Source: Cyanophora paradoxa CCMP329
Taxonomy: Eukaryota; Plantae; Glaucophyta
Assembly: GCA_004431415.1 (NCBI GenBank)
Contig: QPMI01000284.1
Span: 224 to 64,223 of the forward strand
DNA: 64,000 nt
Reading direction: 5' to 3'
The notes under the pieces are model-generated. The model ran no database searches and had not been told where the DNA came from. It saw only the letters and a list, made by a program, of their open reading frames with translations. The first letter of the stretch is position 1, and every line of letters begins with the position of its first letter. The translations under genes were made by a program, and so were the position numbers. Shown in pieces: positions 21,822 to 34,533 of the stretch.

Positions 21822-24167
21822 CTAGGAGCCGAGGCGGGTCTGGCGCATGATGAGGTTGGTGACCCAGGGCTTGGTCTGCGGGCGCCGCTCGGCGACGGCG
21901 GTGACGCGGCACATGAGCTGGACGACCTCCTCGGGCAGCTCCCGCTCGTGGTACGTCCGCGTCGCCGCCTCCAGGTTCTCCCACACCCGCTTCAGGTTCT
22001 CCGGGTCCACCTTCCGCGCCAGCTGCGCGTCCGCCGCCAGCACCGCCGCGTACTGCGACGCCTGCGCCGACGCCGCCCCCGCCCCGTGCGCCGCCATGCC
22101 GCCGGCGTACCCCACGGGCGGCGCCACCGGCTGCGGCATCGGGAGCCCCGCCGGCGCCGGCGCCATCGGGGCTGTGCCCGGGCCGGGATGGCCCCGCTCA
22201 TGTGCGGCGGTTGGTGGTACCCGTGCGGCGGCCCGGGAGCGAGGCCCGGCGGCCCAGGGCGAGGCCCGGCGGCGCGTGCCCGGCGATGGGGGCCGGCATC
22301 GGCGCGGCCGGCGCTCCCGGCGCAGCGCCCTGTGCCGGGACGGGGCAGAGGCGAACGCCGGGGCAGGGGCGCCGGCATTCGGGGCGGGGCCGGTGGGGAC
22401 GGGGGCTGCGGGAAGGCGGGCCGGGTGCGGGGACGGCCGGTGACGGGGCGCGGACGGGCTGCGCGCCGGCGGGGCCGGGGCGGAAGGGACGGCGAGGGTC
22501 GCGCCCGGACGGGTACCGGGGCGGTGAAGGGGTTTGACTGGGGCGGCGCGGCGCCGGGGAGGCCGACGGGGGGCGGAGGGGGCGGGGCGGCGGGGATGGG
22601 GCCGGGGGCGGGAGCGGGGGCCGGGGCGGGGCGGGGGCGGGGGCCGGGGCGCGCGGGTGGTGGTGGTGGGCGACGTGGGGGTGGAGCTCGAGGTAGCAGC
22701 GGACCATGAAGCGGGAGACCTCCTCCCAGCGCTCCGTCCCGAACGCCACCACCCCGTTCAGCAGCGCGTCCACCTCCTTCGTCGTCAGCGGCCGGATCTT
22801 CTCCGCCAGCCACTCGCACTGCGCCGCCCGGTTCCCCTTCCCCGTCCCCGACCGCTCCCGCGGCGGCGACGAGCCGTCGGCGCCGTCGCTGTAGGGGCGG
22901 TTCCGCTGGGCGGCGGCGCGGCGGGGCCGGGCCTTGGACTTGGCGACGGGGCTGTCGTCGCGCGAGGCGAACTCCATGAGGAGGTCGGCGTTCTCCTCGG
23001 GGTCCTCGTCGTCGTCGTCGTCCTCGTCCTCGTCGTCCGAATCGCTCTCCACCAGCGCCTGCACCACTTTCGCCGCCCCCGCCGACGCCGCCCGCCGGTT
23101 CCGGCCCGTCGCCGACACCCTCCCTCCCACCGCCTGCTGAGCCGGCGCCGGCGCCGGCGCCGGCGCCTCCTCCGGCAAGGGCACCTGCACGGGCACCACC
23201 TCCGGCAGCACCTGCGCCGGCGGCGGCACGGCCGGCGGCGGCATCTCCAGCTCTACCGCCGCCAGCGCCGCGGCGTGCGCGGCGGCAGAGGCGCCCGTCG
23301 TCGACGCCGGGGCGATGAGCGGATCGTCCATCAGGCCCAGCGCCAGCTTGTAGTGGTCGTACGACTCCGGCCAGAGCACTTCATTGATGCCCCTCCGCGC
23401 GCTCGAGCTCCTCGCGCTCCTGTTCCCGCTCGGCGTGCACCGCGCAGAGCTCGGGCTCCCCTGCGGCGGCCCTCAACGGGCCGTCCCTGCGTGCCGCGCG
23501 AGCGCGAAGCGGTGCGCACGATTGCGAGGAGCATCTCGGCGACGTCTTCCTCCTTCTTGGGGATGGCAAGGCCCGCGGCGCTCGGCGGCGGTGTCGATGT
23601 GGCCGGAGACGAAGCTGGTTCGGATTTGATGTCGGAGAGGACGACCGCTTTCACGCTCGCTGCACTCTTTGGCGTCGCTGCCTTGCGCTTTCCGGCTACT
23701 GCCCTGACGGGTGGCGGCGCTGGCATCGTAACGGGGACGGCTGCAGCCACGGCCGCCGTCACGAGCGGCACCGCGGCGGATGCGGCTCGGCTGGAGCGCG
23801 TTCTAACGGGCACTACAACTGCAGGCTTTGGCGGCGTCTCCTCCGTGACGACTGCGCAATGCGGCCGTCAGGTGCTGTCAAGGGACCGCGCAAGGGGTCG
23901 CATACACTCTTCCTCCTCGAAGCGCTTCGCAGATTTGCCATCACGGGCTCTCAAACGACGTGAGCCACCCGCGGCAAGCTCCTTCTCCAAGATCTCGCGC
24001 TCCTCCGCCCGCAGCTCCTTACTTGCCGATGCCGACTGCGCTAACAGTCAAGACGAGCCGCAGGGCGCTGGGAGGGCCATTTCCGCGCGAAAAGTATCGA
24101 TGCTCACCGCGCTCGTCCGCCGCCGCTTTGCCCCGGAATCGGGGCTCTGAGCGGGGCCGCCGGCCAT
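21822..24167 (-). CDS. Low-complexity nuclear protein with Myb/SANT-like segment
   Basis: NLS-like AKRRRT, acidic tract, KIRPLTTKEVDALLNGVVAFGTERWEEVSRFM (SANT/Myb-like), Pro/Ala-rich; exon joins only partly resolved. Confidence 0.5.
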
Positions 24168-24369
24168 TGATGCTGTTCGCGCTGGCCCAACTCGGCGGAC
24201 CGCGGTTGAGAAGTTTGTTGATGCCTGAGATCTCCGGAGCGATTTCCGCAGGTTGGAACTTGCGGTGATTCCGCAGCGAACGGAAGCCAGAGAAGAGTGG
24301 GGTACCCCTCCAGAGGGCAGCCTGGCCGCCGCAGCCAGCCAGAGCGTGGGCTCCGGCCCCATCGGGGCG

Positions 24370-26537
24370 ATGCTGCCGATTACGGTCCCTCGCGCGAGGC
24401 CTCCCTCGCGGGGCGGGCGGCGGGGGACCCAGTCGAAGCTCCTGCCGACCTTCGTCATTTCCTTCTTCTTCGTCGGCCTCGGCCACCTCATGTATCCGGG
24501 CATGGTCATGATGTCGCGCTCGCAAGTTACACTCGTCCTGCACCTCCGGCTCGATCAGCTGCAGGCGCTCGAGGACATTGTGCAGCGCTGGCAGGGCCCC
24601 GTGGCCGCGGCGGTCCTCACGCAGCAGCGACAGCCTAGCGCGACGGTGCTCAAGCGCTGGCAGGTCGAGTTCCCGGAGGTGCGGATCGCCTGGGTGGAGG
24701 TCGGGGACAACGCGGCAATGCAGGCGTCCCAGCTGCGCGCCCGCGCGCTGGATCTCGTCGACTCGGCGTTCGCCCTTGTCGCGGACATTGACTTCGTGCC
24801 GAGCTACGGCCTGTACGAGTGGCTCGTGCGGAAGGCGACGCTGCAGAAGTACGCCTATGTCATTCCCGCGTTCGAGGCGGACGAGGCGCTCGGGCCGCGG
24901 GAAGCGAGGGAGGTGCCGCGGGAGAAGCGGGAGCTGCTGGAGGCTGTGCGTGCGGGCCGCGCGCGTCCGATGCTGCAGCACGACCACCCTGCCGCGCACT
25001 ACTGGTACACCGCCTTCCACCGCTTCTACCGCTCCCTCGGCAGGTGCCTGCCCCCGGCCGCCGCGCCGCCGGCCGCCATGCGAGAGGCGGGGCGGCAGCT
25101 ACGAGATCGAGGCGGGGGAGGGCTACGAGCCGTACGTGGCGGCGGCTGTGGAGGTCCTCCGCTCGCCGGAGCGTGGCCACAGGTGGTACTGTACGGAGCC
25201 CGAGGAAGGCGCCGGGGAGGGCGGGCTGCCCGCCGGCGAGGGCCACCGCGCCCTTGTCTCCCGCCGCCTCCGCCGCTCCCGCTGGGGCCTCCGCGTCGCC
25301 GCCGAGCACTTCGGCGTCCGCCTCGCGCCCTCGCGCGCCGGGGCCGCCCCCGCGCCGCACTGGCGGGGCCGCTCGGGGGCCACGCTGGTGCTGCAGGCCG
25401 CGAGCGACGAGCTGGAGCGGGTCGGCGAGATCGCAGTGCGCTGGGGCGGGCCCGTCACGGCCGCCGTCTGCGTGCAGATGGAGGAGGAGGGCCGCGCCTA
25501 CGTCGAGTGGGAGCGCAAGCGGGCGAGGACGCGGGCCGGGGAGCCCGACTCGGTGCGGCTGGTGCGGGTGGCGGCCCCCGGGGAGGACTCGCCCTGCCTC
25601 CCCGAGGAGCTCGTGCGCGCGGCGGTCGAGGCGGCCGGCACCGCCTTCCTCCTCGTCTCCCACGTCTCCTGGCTCCCCTCCCCCGACTTCGCCGCCCACT
25701 TCGGGCCCCTCCTGCGCTCCCCGCTCCTCGTCCCCGGGGCCGCCCGCCCCCCCGCCCTCGCCTTCGCCGCCTTCTTCGAGGACACGCGCGTGCCCCTCTC
25801 CCGTGCGCCCCTCCGCTGACCCCGCCCGGCCCCGCCCCGCCTCCGAGCGACCCGAGGGCGGGGCGGGCAGGGGAGCAGCGGTACGACCTGGACGAGGCGG
25901 GGCGGGGCGACCTGCCGGCCCTCCTCGCCACCCGCCGCGCCGTCCCCTGGAGCGGCCTCGCGAGCCCCGAGGACGAGGCGCGGCGCCCTCGCGCCCCTGC
26001 GCCCCGCGCTGAGCGCCGCTGAGGCGCGGCGCAGGCAGGGGAGCTGGCGCGGGAGGGGAAGCCGGCGCGCCCCGTCGACTGCCTCGACCTGCCCCGCTGG
26101 CTCAAGACCCGTTCGGGGGCCGGCGGCTCCGGCACCTACCGCCCCTCGTGCCCGTACCCCTGGCACCCTCTCGCCCTCCTCCCCGCTGCCTTCCTGCGGG
26201 GCCAGCCCGTGCACGACTGGCCGCGCGTGGCGGCGGCGGCGCGCGAGGCGGGGCACGCGGCGGCGGTCGTGCCCGGGGCCTTCTTCACGTGGGGCGAGCT
26301 CCCGGCGCCGCCGCCCATCCGCTCCCTCGACCTCGTCTTCCCCGACACGCCGCTGGAGTTCCGCCCGCGGGCGCCGGCGCTCAACGCGGGGCTGCGCCGC
26401 GATGTGACCCTCGCCGTCGTCCTCCCCGGGGACCGCCTCGACCTGCTGCGCGCCCTCGCCGAGCGCTGGGCGGGGCCCCTCGCCGCCGCCCTCTTCTACC
26501 CCCCTCCCGCCCTCCCACCCCGCCCCGAGGCCCCGAG

Positions 26538-26571
<34 letters not shown>

Positions 26572-29500
26572 GCGCCGAGTGGGAGGAGGAGCTGGGCCCG
26601 GCGCCGACGCCGACGCCGCCGCCGCTGCCGCCGGCGAAGGGGAGGCGCGAGAAGGGCTACGTCTCGCCACACCTCGCGCCGCTGCCGGTGGGCCCCGTGC
26701 CGGCGGCGCTGACGGAGGAGTGGAGCCGGGAGCCGGCGCGGCGGCTGCAGCGGGAGTTCGGGCAGCGCCTGCAGCTCGCCTTCGTCGAGGGCCGCCGCGC
26801 CGCCGACGAGATCCCCGTCTCGCACCCGCCCCCGACGCGCACGCGGCGGCAGCGGAGCTACTACGACGAGGGGGCGCCGGGCGGGGTGGTGCTGGAGTAC
26901 TACAACAGCTTCTACCCGCTGAACGAGCTCCGGGCGGAGGCCCTCAAGCTCGTCGCCTCCGACCTCGTCCTCTTCGTCGACCCCGACACCCTCCCCAGGC
27001 CCGCCCCCGCCCCGCCCCGCCCCGCCCCGCCCCGCCCCTCGCCGACCGGCGGCGCAGCGCGGGGATGTACGAGGAGCTGACGACGGCGGCGGCGACGCGG
27101 GCGCTGCGGCGGCACGCGGCGCTCGGCCCGGTCGCCTTCGTGGTGCCGGCCTTCGAGACGGACTTCGGGCACGCGGCGCCGGCGGACAAGGCGGAGCTGC
27201 TGCGGCGCCTCTCGCGGGAGCCGACCGTCCTCCGCCTCGACGGGAGCGGGGCGCGGCACGGCGAGGACGTCCGCCCGCTCCTCTCCCGCACGCACCCCTC
27301 CGCCCACTACTGGACCACCAACTACACCACCTGGTACGCCGCCTCGGCGCCCTACGCCGTGCGGCACCAGTACCCGTACGCGCCCTACGTCGTGGCCCCG
27401 CTGGGGATGCACCAGGCGCTGCTCGACGTGACGCCCGTCGGGGAGCGCTCGCCTGCCCGCGACGTCGCCGTCCAGCGCGCCCGCTGGGTCGCCGCCCTCC
27501 GCCGCGAGGTCCCGCCCCCCTGCCTGCCGCCTCCGCGCGCCCCGCCGGGGCCTGACGCGCGCCAGGGCTGCGCCTTCCTCGTCCTCCCCGACGTCTTCGT
27601 GACCCACGTGCCCCTCGTCCCTTTCGGCTCCCCCACCCCCTACTTCGGCCTGCCCCTCGCCCGCGTCCGCCCCGCCCCGCCCCGCTTCGCCCCGCCCCGC
27701 CCTGCGCCCCCGCCCCCGCTGACGGCGAGCAGGCCGGCATCACGATGACTGTGCACCTCACCGCCGACCGGTGCGCGCGTACCCCGGCGGCCGCGCCGGC
27801 CCCGCTGACGAGGGCGGGGGCGGGGTGTGGCAGCATGGAGCGTCTGGAGGTGCTTGCGGAGCGCTGGCCCGGTGCGCCCCGCGCCCCCGCCGCCCCCCGG
27901 CCGCTGACGCTGACGCGCGGCAGGCCCGCTGGTGGCTGTCCTCTTCTACAACCTCGACCTCAAGCCCGTCAACGGCTCGGGCCCGACGCGCGAGCAGTTC
28001 CCCCACACGCAGCTCCAGTGGCGGGTCTGCCCCGCCCCGGCCCGCCCCATCTCCCTGTCTCTGCCGCCCCGCGGACGCCGGGGGCGCAGCAAAAGCACCC
28101 GCACGTGAGCCTGGGCATGCTGGCGATGGCCAAGCCGCCCACGAAGTACCCCGCGAACATCGTGCGGGGCGCGGGCGGGGCGCGTCGGTGCGGGGCGCTG
28201 AGGGGTCGGGGGCAGGTGCGGAACGCGGGGCTGCGGGCGGCGCAGACGGACTTCGTCTTCCCCGTCGACGTCGACTTCGTCCCCGACACCGGCCTCCACG
28301 AGTTCCTCGTCCGCACCCGCCCCGCCCCGCCCCGCCCCGGCCCCGCCGGTGCTGACGGGGGGCAGGACCGGAGCATGCCGGAGCTGCTCGCCCGCGCCTC
28401 CTTCGCCTCCTACATCGTCCCCGCCTTCGAGATCGACGCCAACGCCACCCAGGTGCCCCGCCCCCGCCCCTGCCCCCGCCTCGGGGGCCGACCTCGTGCG
28501 CCCCCCCCTCCAGGTCTGGCGCGACGAGGACTTCGACGAGAAGGGGCACTCGAAGGTCAAGCAGGACTACCGGGCGGCGCGTACCCCCCGCCCCCCTGCC
28601 CCCCGCCCTCCCCGCTCTGAGGTGGCTTCGCTCGCAGGTGCCGCAGGACAAGGCGGAGCTGATGGGCTTCGTGCAGAACCGGAGCGCGCGGCCCTTCCGC
28701 GAGATCGAGTCGATCTACGCGCACGTGCACACGCAGTTCTCGCGCTGGTTCTTCGCCACGCGGGAGTACCGGGTGCGCTACAAGTACCCCTTCGAGCCGT
28801 GGGTGGTGGTCGCCAAGGACTACGCGCCCCTCTTCGACGAGCGCTTCATCTACCACGGGGAGGACAAGGCACGCGCCGCCCCCGCCCCCGGGCCGCCCTC
28901 CTGGCCTGAGGCCGCCGCAGGTCCAGTGGGTCTTCCACATCAGCAAGCTCCACTTCCGCCTGCAGGTCGGCCCCCGCCCCCGCCCCCCCCCTCCCCCCCC
29001 TTCCCCCCCCCCCCATCCCCCCCCCCTTCCTCCCCTCCCGCCCCAGCGGGGCCGGGCCTCACGGGGCGGGGGCGCAGGTCGTCCCGTACCACTTCGTGAT
29101 CCACCTGAACCACCCCGTGGCCGCCTGGGCCGCCACCGAGTGCGCCCGCCCCGCTCCCCGCCGGCCGGCGCGCCTTGGGCGGGGGGCGTGACGGGGCGGT
29201 GGGCAGGTACACGGAGGCGCTGTTCGAGGAGGAGGCCTTTCTCTTCGAGGCGCGCCCCGCCCGCCCGCCCGCCGCGCCCCCCAGGGCCCCCGCCTGACGC
29301 GCGCGCCCCCGCAGACCTTCGTGCTCGAGGTCGACCCCGCCGACTGGGACCGCCGCAACGCCCAGGTCTTCGAGGGGTACAACCCCGACCAGGGCTCCCA
29401 CGAGCCCGTCCTCCTCCCCCCCGGCGTCCACGCGGTCCTCGACGCCGTCGCGGTACCCCCCCCCTCCCCCGGGGTGAGCGCCGGCGTGACGCGGGGCAGG

Positions 29501-29685
29501 CGGAGCGGGGCCTGTACCACTTCGCGGGGTGGGAGGAGGACCCGGACACAGGGGAGGAGGCGCTGGAGGCGTTCGAGGAGCCGATCACGGACCGGGAGCT
29601 CTACGACCTCCAGCTCCGCTTCGAGCACGAGTTCCCCGAGCACGCCACCCCCGAGGCCGACCAGTGGTCCCTCGCCCGCTCCTAG
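24370..29685 (+). CDS. Type II membrane glycosyltransferase with four tandem GT49 (LARGE C-terminal/B4GAT1-like) domains
   Basis: N-terminal TM LLPTFVISFFFVGLGHL; four repeats of VTL...RWxGP(V/L)xA, with DIDFVP/SHVSWLP/DPDTLP/DVDFVP, VxPAFE, YEPYV/YAPYVV/FEPWVV, PLFDERF and FVxH motifs. Confidence 0.82.
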
Positions 29686-29831
29686 CTTCCATCCCATCGC
29701 GCCACCCCCGCCCCCGGCCCCCGGCCCCCGCTCCCCGCCCTGGCAGCCCTCTCTGGCCCTTCCCCTCCCGCTCCTGTGAGAACGGGCTTCGAGAGTCTCC
29801 GAGTTGGGCGGCTCAGAGGGGGGCGGGGGGG

Positions 29832-31642
29832 CTAGGCGGCGCCGACGAGGGGGTTGATGCCGAAGTAGACGTAGGGGAAGAACTCGCCCTGGCCGGCCCC
29901 CGCGCCCCCGGCCTCCCGCTCCTCGGCGCTCGTGCTGTGCGCCGCCCCCCCGAGGTGCGAGTAGAGCATGTGGAGAGTCTCCCGCAGCTGCCCCCGCCCG
30001 CCGGCCCCGTCACGTGGGGAAGAGAGCAAAAGGAAGGGAAAGGAAGGCGGCGTGCCTTCTTCTCGGTCTTGGCCTTGGGCTTGAGGAGCATGGCCTGGAA
30101 GTTGACGGGGAGGCCGTAGCGGAGCACGGACTCGACGAAGACGCGGATCGCCTTCAGGTGGATCCACGCCACGAACGCGTCCGCGAAGGCGACCCTGCAG
30201 AACTTCACCAGCGCCGCCTGCGAGCCGAGGAGGAGGCGGGGGTCCTCGGGTCAGCGCAGCTGCGGGGCGGGGCGGGGCGGGGCGGGGCGGGGCGGGGCGG
30301 GGCGGGGCGGACCCAGAGCTTCTCGACCTCGGCCTCGAGCTTGGAGCGCTCGCCCTTGCTCTCCTCCAGCGTGTTCTCGTCGAACTTGAAGTCGCGCACC
30401 GTGAACCTGCGCCCCGTCAGGCCCCGCCCCGGCCCCGCGCGAGCGCCCCGCCCCCGGCCCCGCGCACTTCTTCTCGCGCGCCGCGTTCTTGTAGTCGTCC
30501 GCCACGCGCTTGAAGCACACCACTCGCCACAGCTCGAAGTCGTTGTCCTCTGCTATCCGCCTGCGCCCGCCACGCCGTCAGTCCCGCCGGCCGGTTGGGG
30601 ACCTCTCCCCCGGGCGGGCGCGCACAGGCCGGAGCGCGGGACGACGTAGTCCGTGAGCGACTCGTAGCTCGTCTGGAACTCCTTCGCGGCCGCCCTGCGC
30701 GCGGCGGTCACGCCGCCGGCGCGGCGTCCGGCGCCGGCAGCCGCACTTGGGGACGGCGACGAGGCAGGTGGTCAGGTTCTCCGACTCGACAAAGTGCTCG
30801 GGCTTGACCACCTCGGCCAGGTTCTTCACGAGGAGGTTGCCCCTGCCGAGCGAGACCACGCCTCGGTCACCGGCCCCGCCCGGAAAGACGCGACGCGTCG
30901 CCGCCCCACACGCACGCGGCTTTCCGCTTGACCGCGCCGAGGTTGCTCTTCACAACGTTGTACTCCGAAGCCTTCAGCTTCAACTCCTCATCCAGCTTCG
31001 TCACGTCCTGTGCGGCGCTCTCAGCTCCCGCACTCCGCGGCGAGGCCCGCGCACGCGGCGCGAGGCGGACCTCCGAGATGGAGCTAACTATCTCCCGAAG
31101 CGGCTTCTTCAGGCTATACTTGCCTTCGTCCCACTGGAACCGCTCCAGGAACTGATTGACGGGAACTGGCGGAGGGCATCGGCGCGCGGCACCAGGGACG
31201 GGCCAAGCGCGCGCGGATAGGACGTGCTAGCTCACCCTGGTTGATCGTGATGCTCTCCTCCGGGTTGAGGTCGTGGAGCTGGCGCTCAATCTGCGGTGGG
31301 CGGGCAGGCGTTCAGTCGGCGGACGGCCACGACGGTACAAACGTTGGCAGCACCTTGTGAACCGCGCCCTCGACGTAAATGTCCGTCTTCGCGAGCTCGT
31401 CGCTCAGCTCCAGGAGCGCATCGAGTGTGCCGACACGCAAGTCAGGCACATTGAACTTGAAATTCGTTGCTAGGTCAGTCGCTCGGGATTGCTGCGCTCC
31501 CCGAGCGCGCGGCGCGCCAAGGGTCGGCTTCGCTGCCGGACAGACGGGCGGGGGTGCGGACCAGCCTCTGCCATGTGGCCTCTTTCGTGTCTTCTGCAGG
31601 CGCCGAGATAAGCCAGTACGCACAGGAGATCTCTCGCGCCAT
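29832..31642 (-). CDS. ATP6V1C: V-type H+-ATPase V1 subunit C
   Basis: [85 protein letters not shown]. Confidence 0.96.
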
Positions 31643-31724
31643 CCTGACTGAACAACTTCGCTGCCTTAATCCGCTGGTACCCCTCTCCGCGGTTTGCGGC
31701 GTTTGCCGCTTGCGGCGTTTGCCA

Positions 31725-32739
31725 ATGCCAAAACTCCTCATCTCGTGGGCTGCGGACGTGGAGGGGTTGTCTGAAATCAAGGTGCGCTGTCCCCGTCGCC
31801 CCGCCGCCGGCGCGCCGCCACACAACCACAAACCCGGTGTCGGCACTCTAGATAACGCCCGATGCGCGCTATTATGTCAAGTTAAAATGCACGAACTGCG
31901 GCGAGGAGAGCAAGGAGGTGTACTTCAACGCACAGGACAAGGTGGAGCTCTCCACCGGTCGCGGCGACGCCACGTTCGTCCTAAAATGCAAGGGATGCAA
32001 GCGGGAGAACAGCGTGCGTGCCGGACGCATTTGAGCGTCGGGAAACCGGCCAGCTTCGGGTCGAGAGCTAGAGCGGCGCCGGTCGTCGCGCCGCAGCTGA
32101 GCGCGGCCCCCGCAGCTTGACGTCGTGCCGGGACACGGAAGGTCCTGGACGGAGGTGCGTTCGCAGTCCGTTCGAACCGCTTCGCGCGGCTGCAGCTCGC
32201 CCCCGGCGCCCGCGCGCGCGGCGCCGCGGCCGGCGCCGCTCAGGCGGCTTCTCGTCGCCGACGTTCCGGCGCAGGCGGACGAGACGAAGTTCGTCCCTCT
32301 TATCGCCTGCGATTGCCGAGGTGCGCGTCGGCCGCGCAGCCTATCGACGTCTCCGATCCCCTGCCGGCCTGGCATGGGGCCCCACGCGGCGCCACGCGAA
32401 CCCTGACCTGCGGCACATCCCGCGGCCGCAGGCCTGGAGATCGTGAGCTGGGAGCCGAGGGTACGCCCATCGCCTCCGCCTCTCTCCCCGCGGGCGTGCG
32501 CGGCAGGCGACGAGGCGGCAGGCCGGCTTCACGGCTGTGGGGACGACGGGCAAGCCCTTCGAGGACGTCAACCTAGGGGAGGATTTTGCCGACTACGATG
32601 AAGCCGCCGGTGCGGCCATGCCTGAGCCTCCGGTCCCCTGGCCTCGGACGTGCGATGGCGAGGCGTGACCAGCCTCCTGCGCGCAGGCTGCAGTGTGTCG
32701 GTCATGAACGTCAAGCACAAGATCGAGAAGATAAAGTGA
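31725..32739 (+). CDS. CZIB: CXXC motif zinc-binding protein (DUF866/UPF0587/C1orf123)
   Basis: VKCTNCGE, GRGDATFVLKCKGCKRENS, CDCRGLE, FEDVNLGEDFADYDE. Confidence 0.9.
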
Positions 32740-33365
32740 GCAGGCGAGGCGGCGTCGGCGCGACGCGTACGCTCGCCATCTCCGATCGCGAGGTATGCAT
32801 GCATATCCATGGCAAGCCGCGAAACTCGGTATCCCCAAGAATCGTATGCATCGGCTGGACCATGGGGCCGGCCGCGCGCCCCGGGCCCCTCGTCAAGTCG
32901 AGCTCCCCCTCCCCCGCCCCCGTCGCGCCCCCCCCCCCCTCCCAGCCTCGCCCCCGTACCCCTCCCATCCCCGTACCCCTCCCCTCCCCCCTCCCCCTCC
33001 CCTGAAAGCACCGATATTCACGCGAGTCTTTGGATTCTACGTGTGTCGGTACCAATTTACATTAAGACCCTGATCATTATCATGAAGTCAAGATCTAGAT
33101 TTAGAGATCGCAGGTCGCGGGGGGCGCGGGCCCCGGCGGGCCGGGGGCACTGGGGGCATGCGCAGGGGCAGATTGCAGCTGTACAAGTATTAAGAGTCTT
33201 GCAGTGGAGTCAACGTTTATCTAAATCTGCGTGGGAAAGGCCAGAGAATCAACTTTCGAATCAAGAACTTGGAAGCCCTTATCATGAAGCGAAACTGATC
33301 ATGACGGCCCGCGGCGGGGGCGCACCCATCAATTCTGTCTTGGAGCTGCCGCCTCGAGCTCGTCT

Positions 33366-34533
33366 TTACTTGAGGATGCTGTCGGGCGAGTTGAAGAGCT
33401 GGCCGGGCGTGCGGTCCTCCACCGCGCGCTCCCGGTAGATCATCTTGCCCTCCTCTGCGAAAAAGGGTCGAATTTACTAGTTAAAGAAGCCATAGCCGGC
33501 GCCAGCCGCGGGCAGATCTAGACGAGCCATCGCGCGGCCTTCGAAATGAAACCGCACCGGTGCCGATGGCTTGCTCCTGCGCCGGCGCCGGCACAGCATG
33601 CGCATGCGCACGTCAGATCTAGATCTAAAGCGTGTGAAGATTTAGACTAGAACTCTAGTAGACTTGTCGCACCGGCAGGGTCGCCGCCTTGCCGCCGTAG
33701 GTCTCCGTTCCCGACGCTGGCATGTGCATCGGATTCGCGCCCCCCAAAGTCGTGCCGGCGCCGGCGCCGGAATACGTAGTCCCGCCCATCGGGGCCGACT
33801 GGAAGCCAGACGTGCCCTGCAGCCGCGAAACACAGGGTCAAACAGGCCCTCAAACAAGACCCGAGCTCGCGATATCGATTGAGACTCCGCCGCCCGCGGC
33901 GCGTTTTGCGAAATTGAACGCACGAGGTTGGAGCCCGCGAAGCCGGTCGACGGCGGGTGCGTGTACACCGCCCCAGTCGCGCCGAGGGGAGTCTTCGATG
34001 TCGTGCCGGGCGGGAGGGTCTCTACGGTAAAACCGGCAAGCACCGCAGTCAATTAATATTGCAAGAGGCGTTCAAACTTGGCAAATTCGATTTTCGCGGC
34101 GGCGCGCTCGACCGCGAATTCGCCGATCGCGAGTTCGAATGAATCACTGAGCGCACCCGGAGCGTAGTAGGCCGTGCTCTCGGCTCCTGCGAATTTTTAA
34201 AATTTGAAGTACCGATGGCTCGTGTCAGATCCTAATATTACAACTGCACAGGGCTCGCCACCATCGATATCCCCGGCCCGGCCACGCCTCGATTAACGCA
34301 CCGAGGGCGCTGGTGTTCAGGCGCTCGCCGCGCGTCTCCGCGATATCGGGAATGAGGTGCCGAACGTGCTCGGCCTGCGGGAAAAACATCAGAAAGCCGG
34401 GAAAGCCCGAGGAGATCGCACGCACCGCAGGGGCCGCCGGCTGCGCCGGAGGGCAGACGCAGACGGTAGCGGGCTGAACGCACGTCACGCACGTCGTCCC
34501 AGCGGTCGTCGTGGTAGGATTGAGCGGGTTCAT
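33366..34533 (-). CDS. Small orphan Thr/Gly/Pro-rich protein, 6 exons including a 19-nt micro-exon
   Basis: Phase-consistent GT-AG splicing gives MNPLNPTTTTAGTTCVTCVQPATVCVCPPAQPAAPA|AEHVRHLIPDIAETRGERLNTSAL|ETLPPG..SNL|GTSGFQSAPM..ATLP|EQAIGT|EEGKMIYRERAVEDRTPGQLFNSPDSILK*. Confidence 0.6.
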
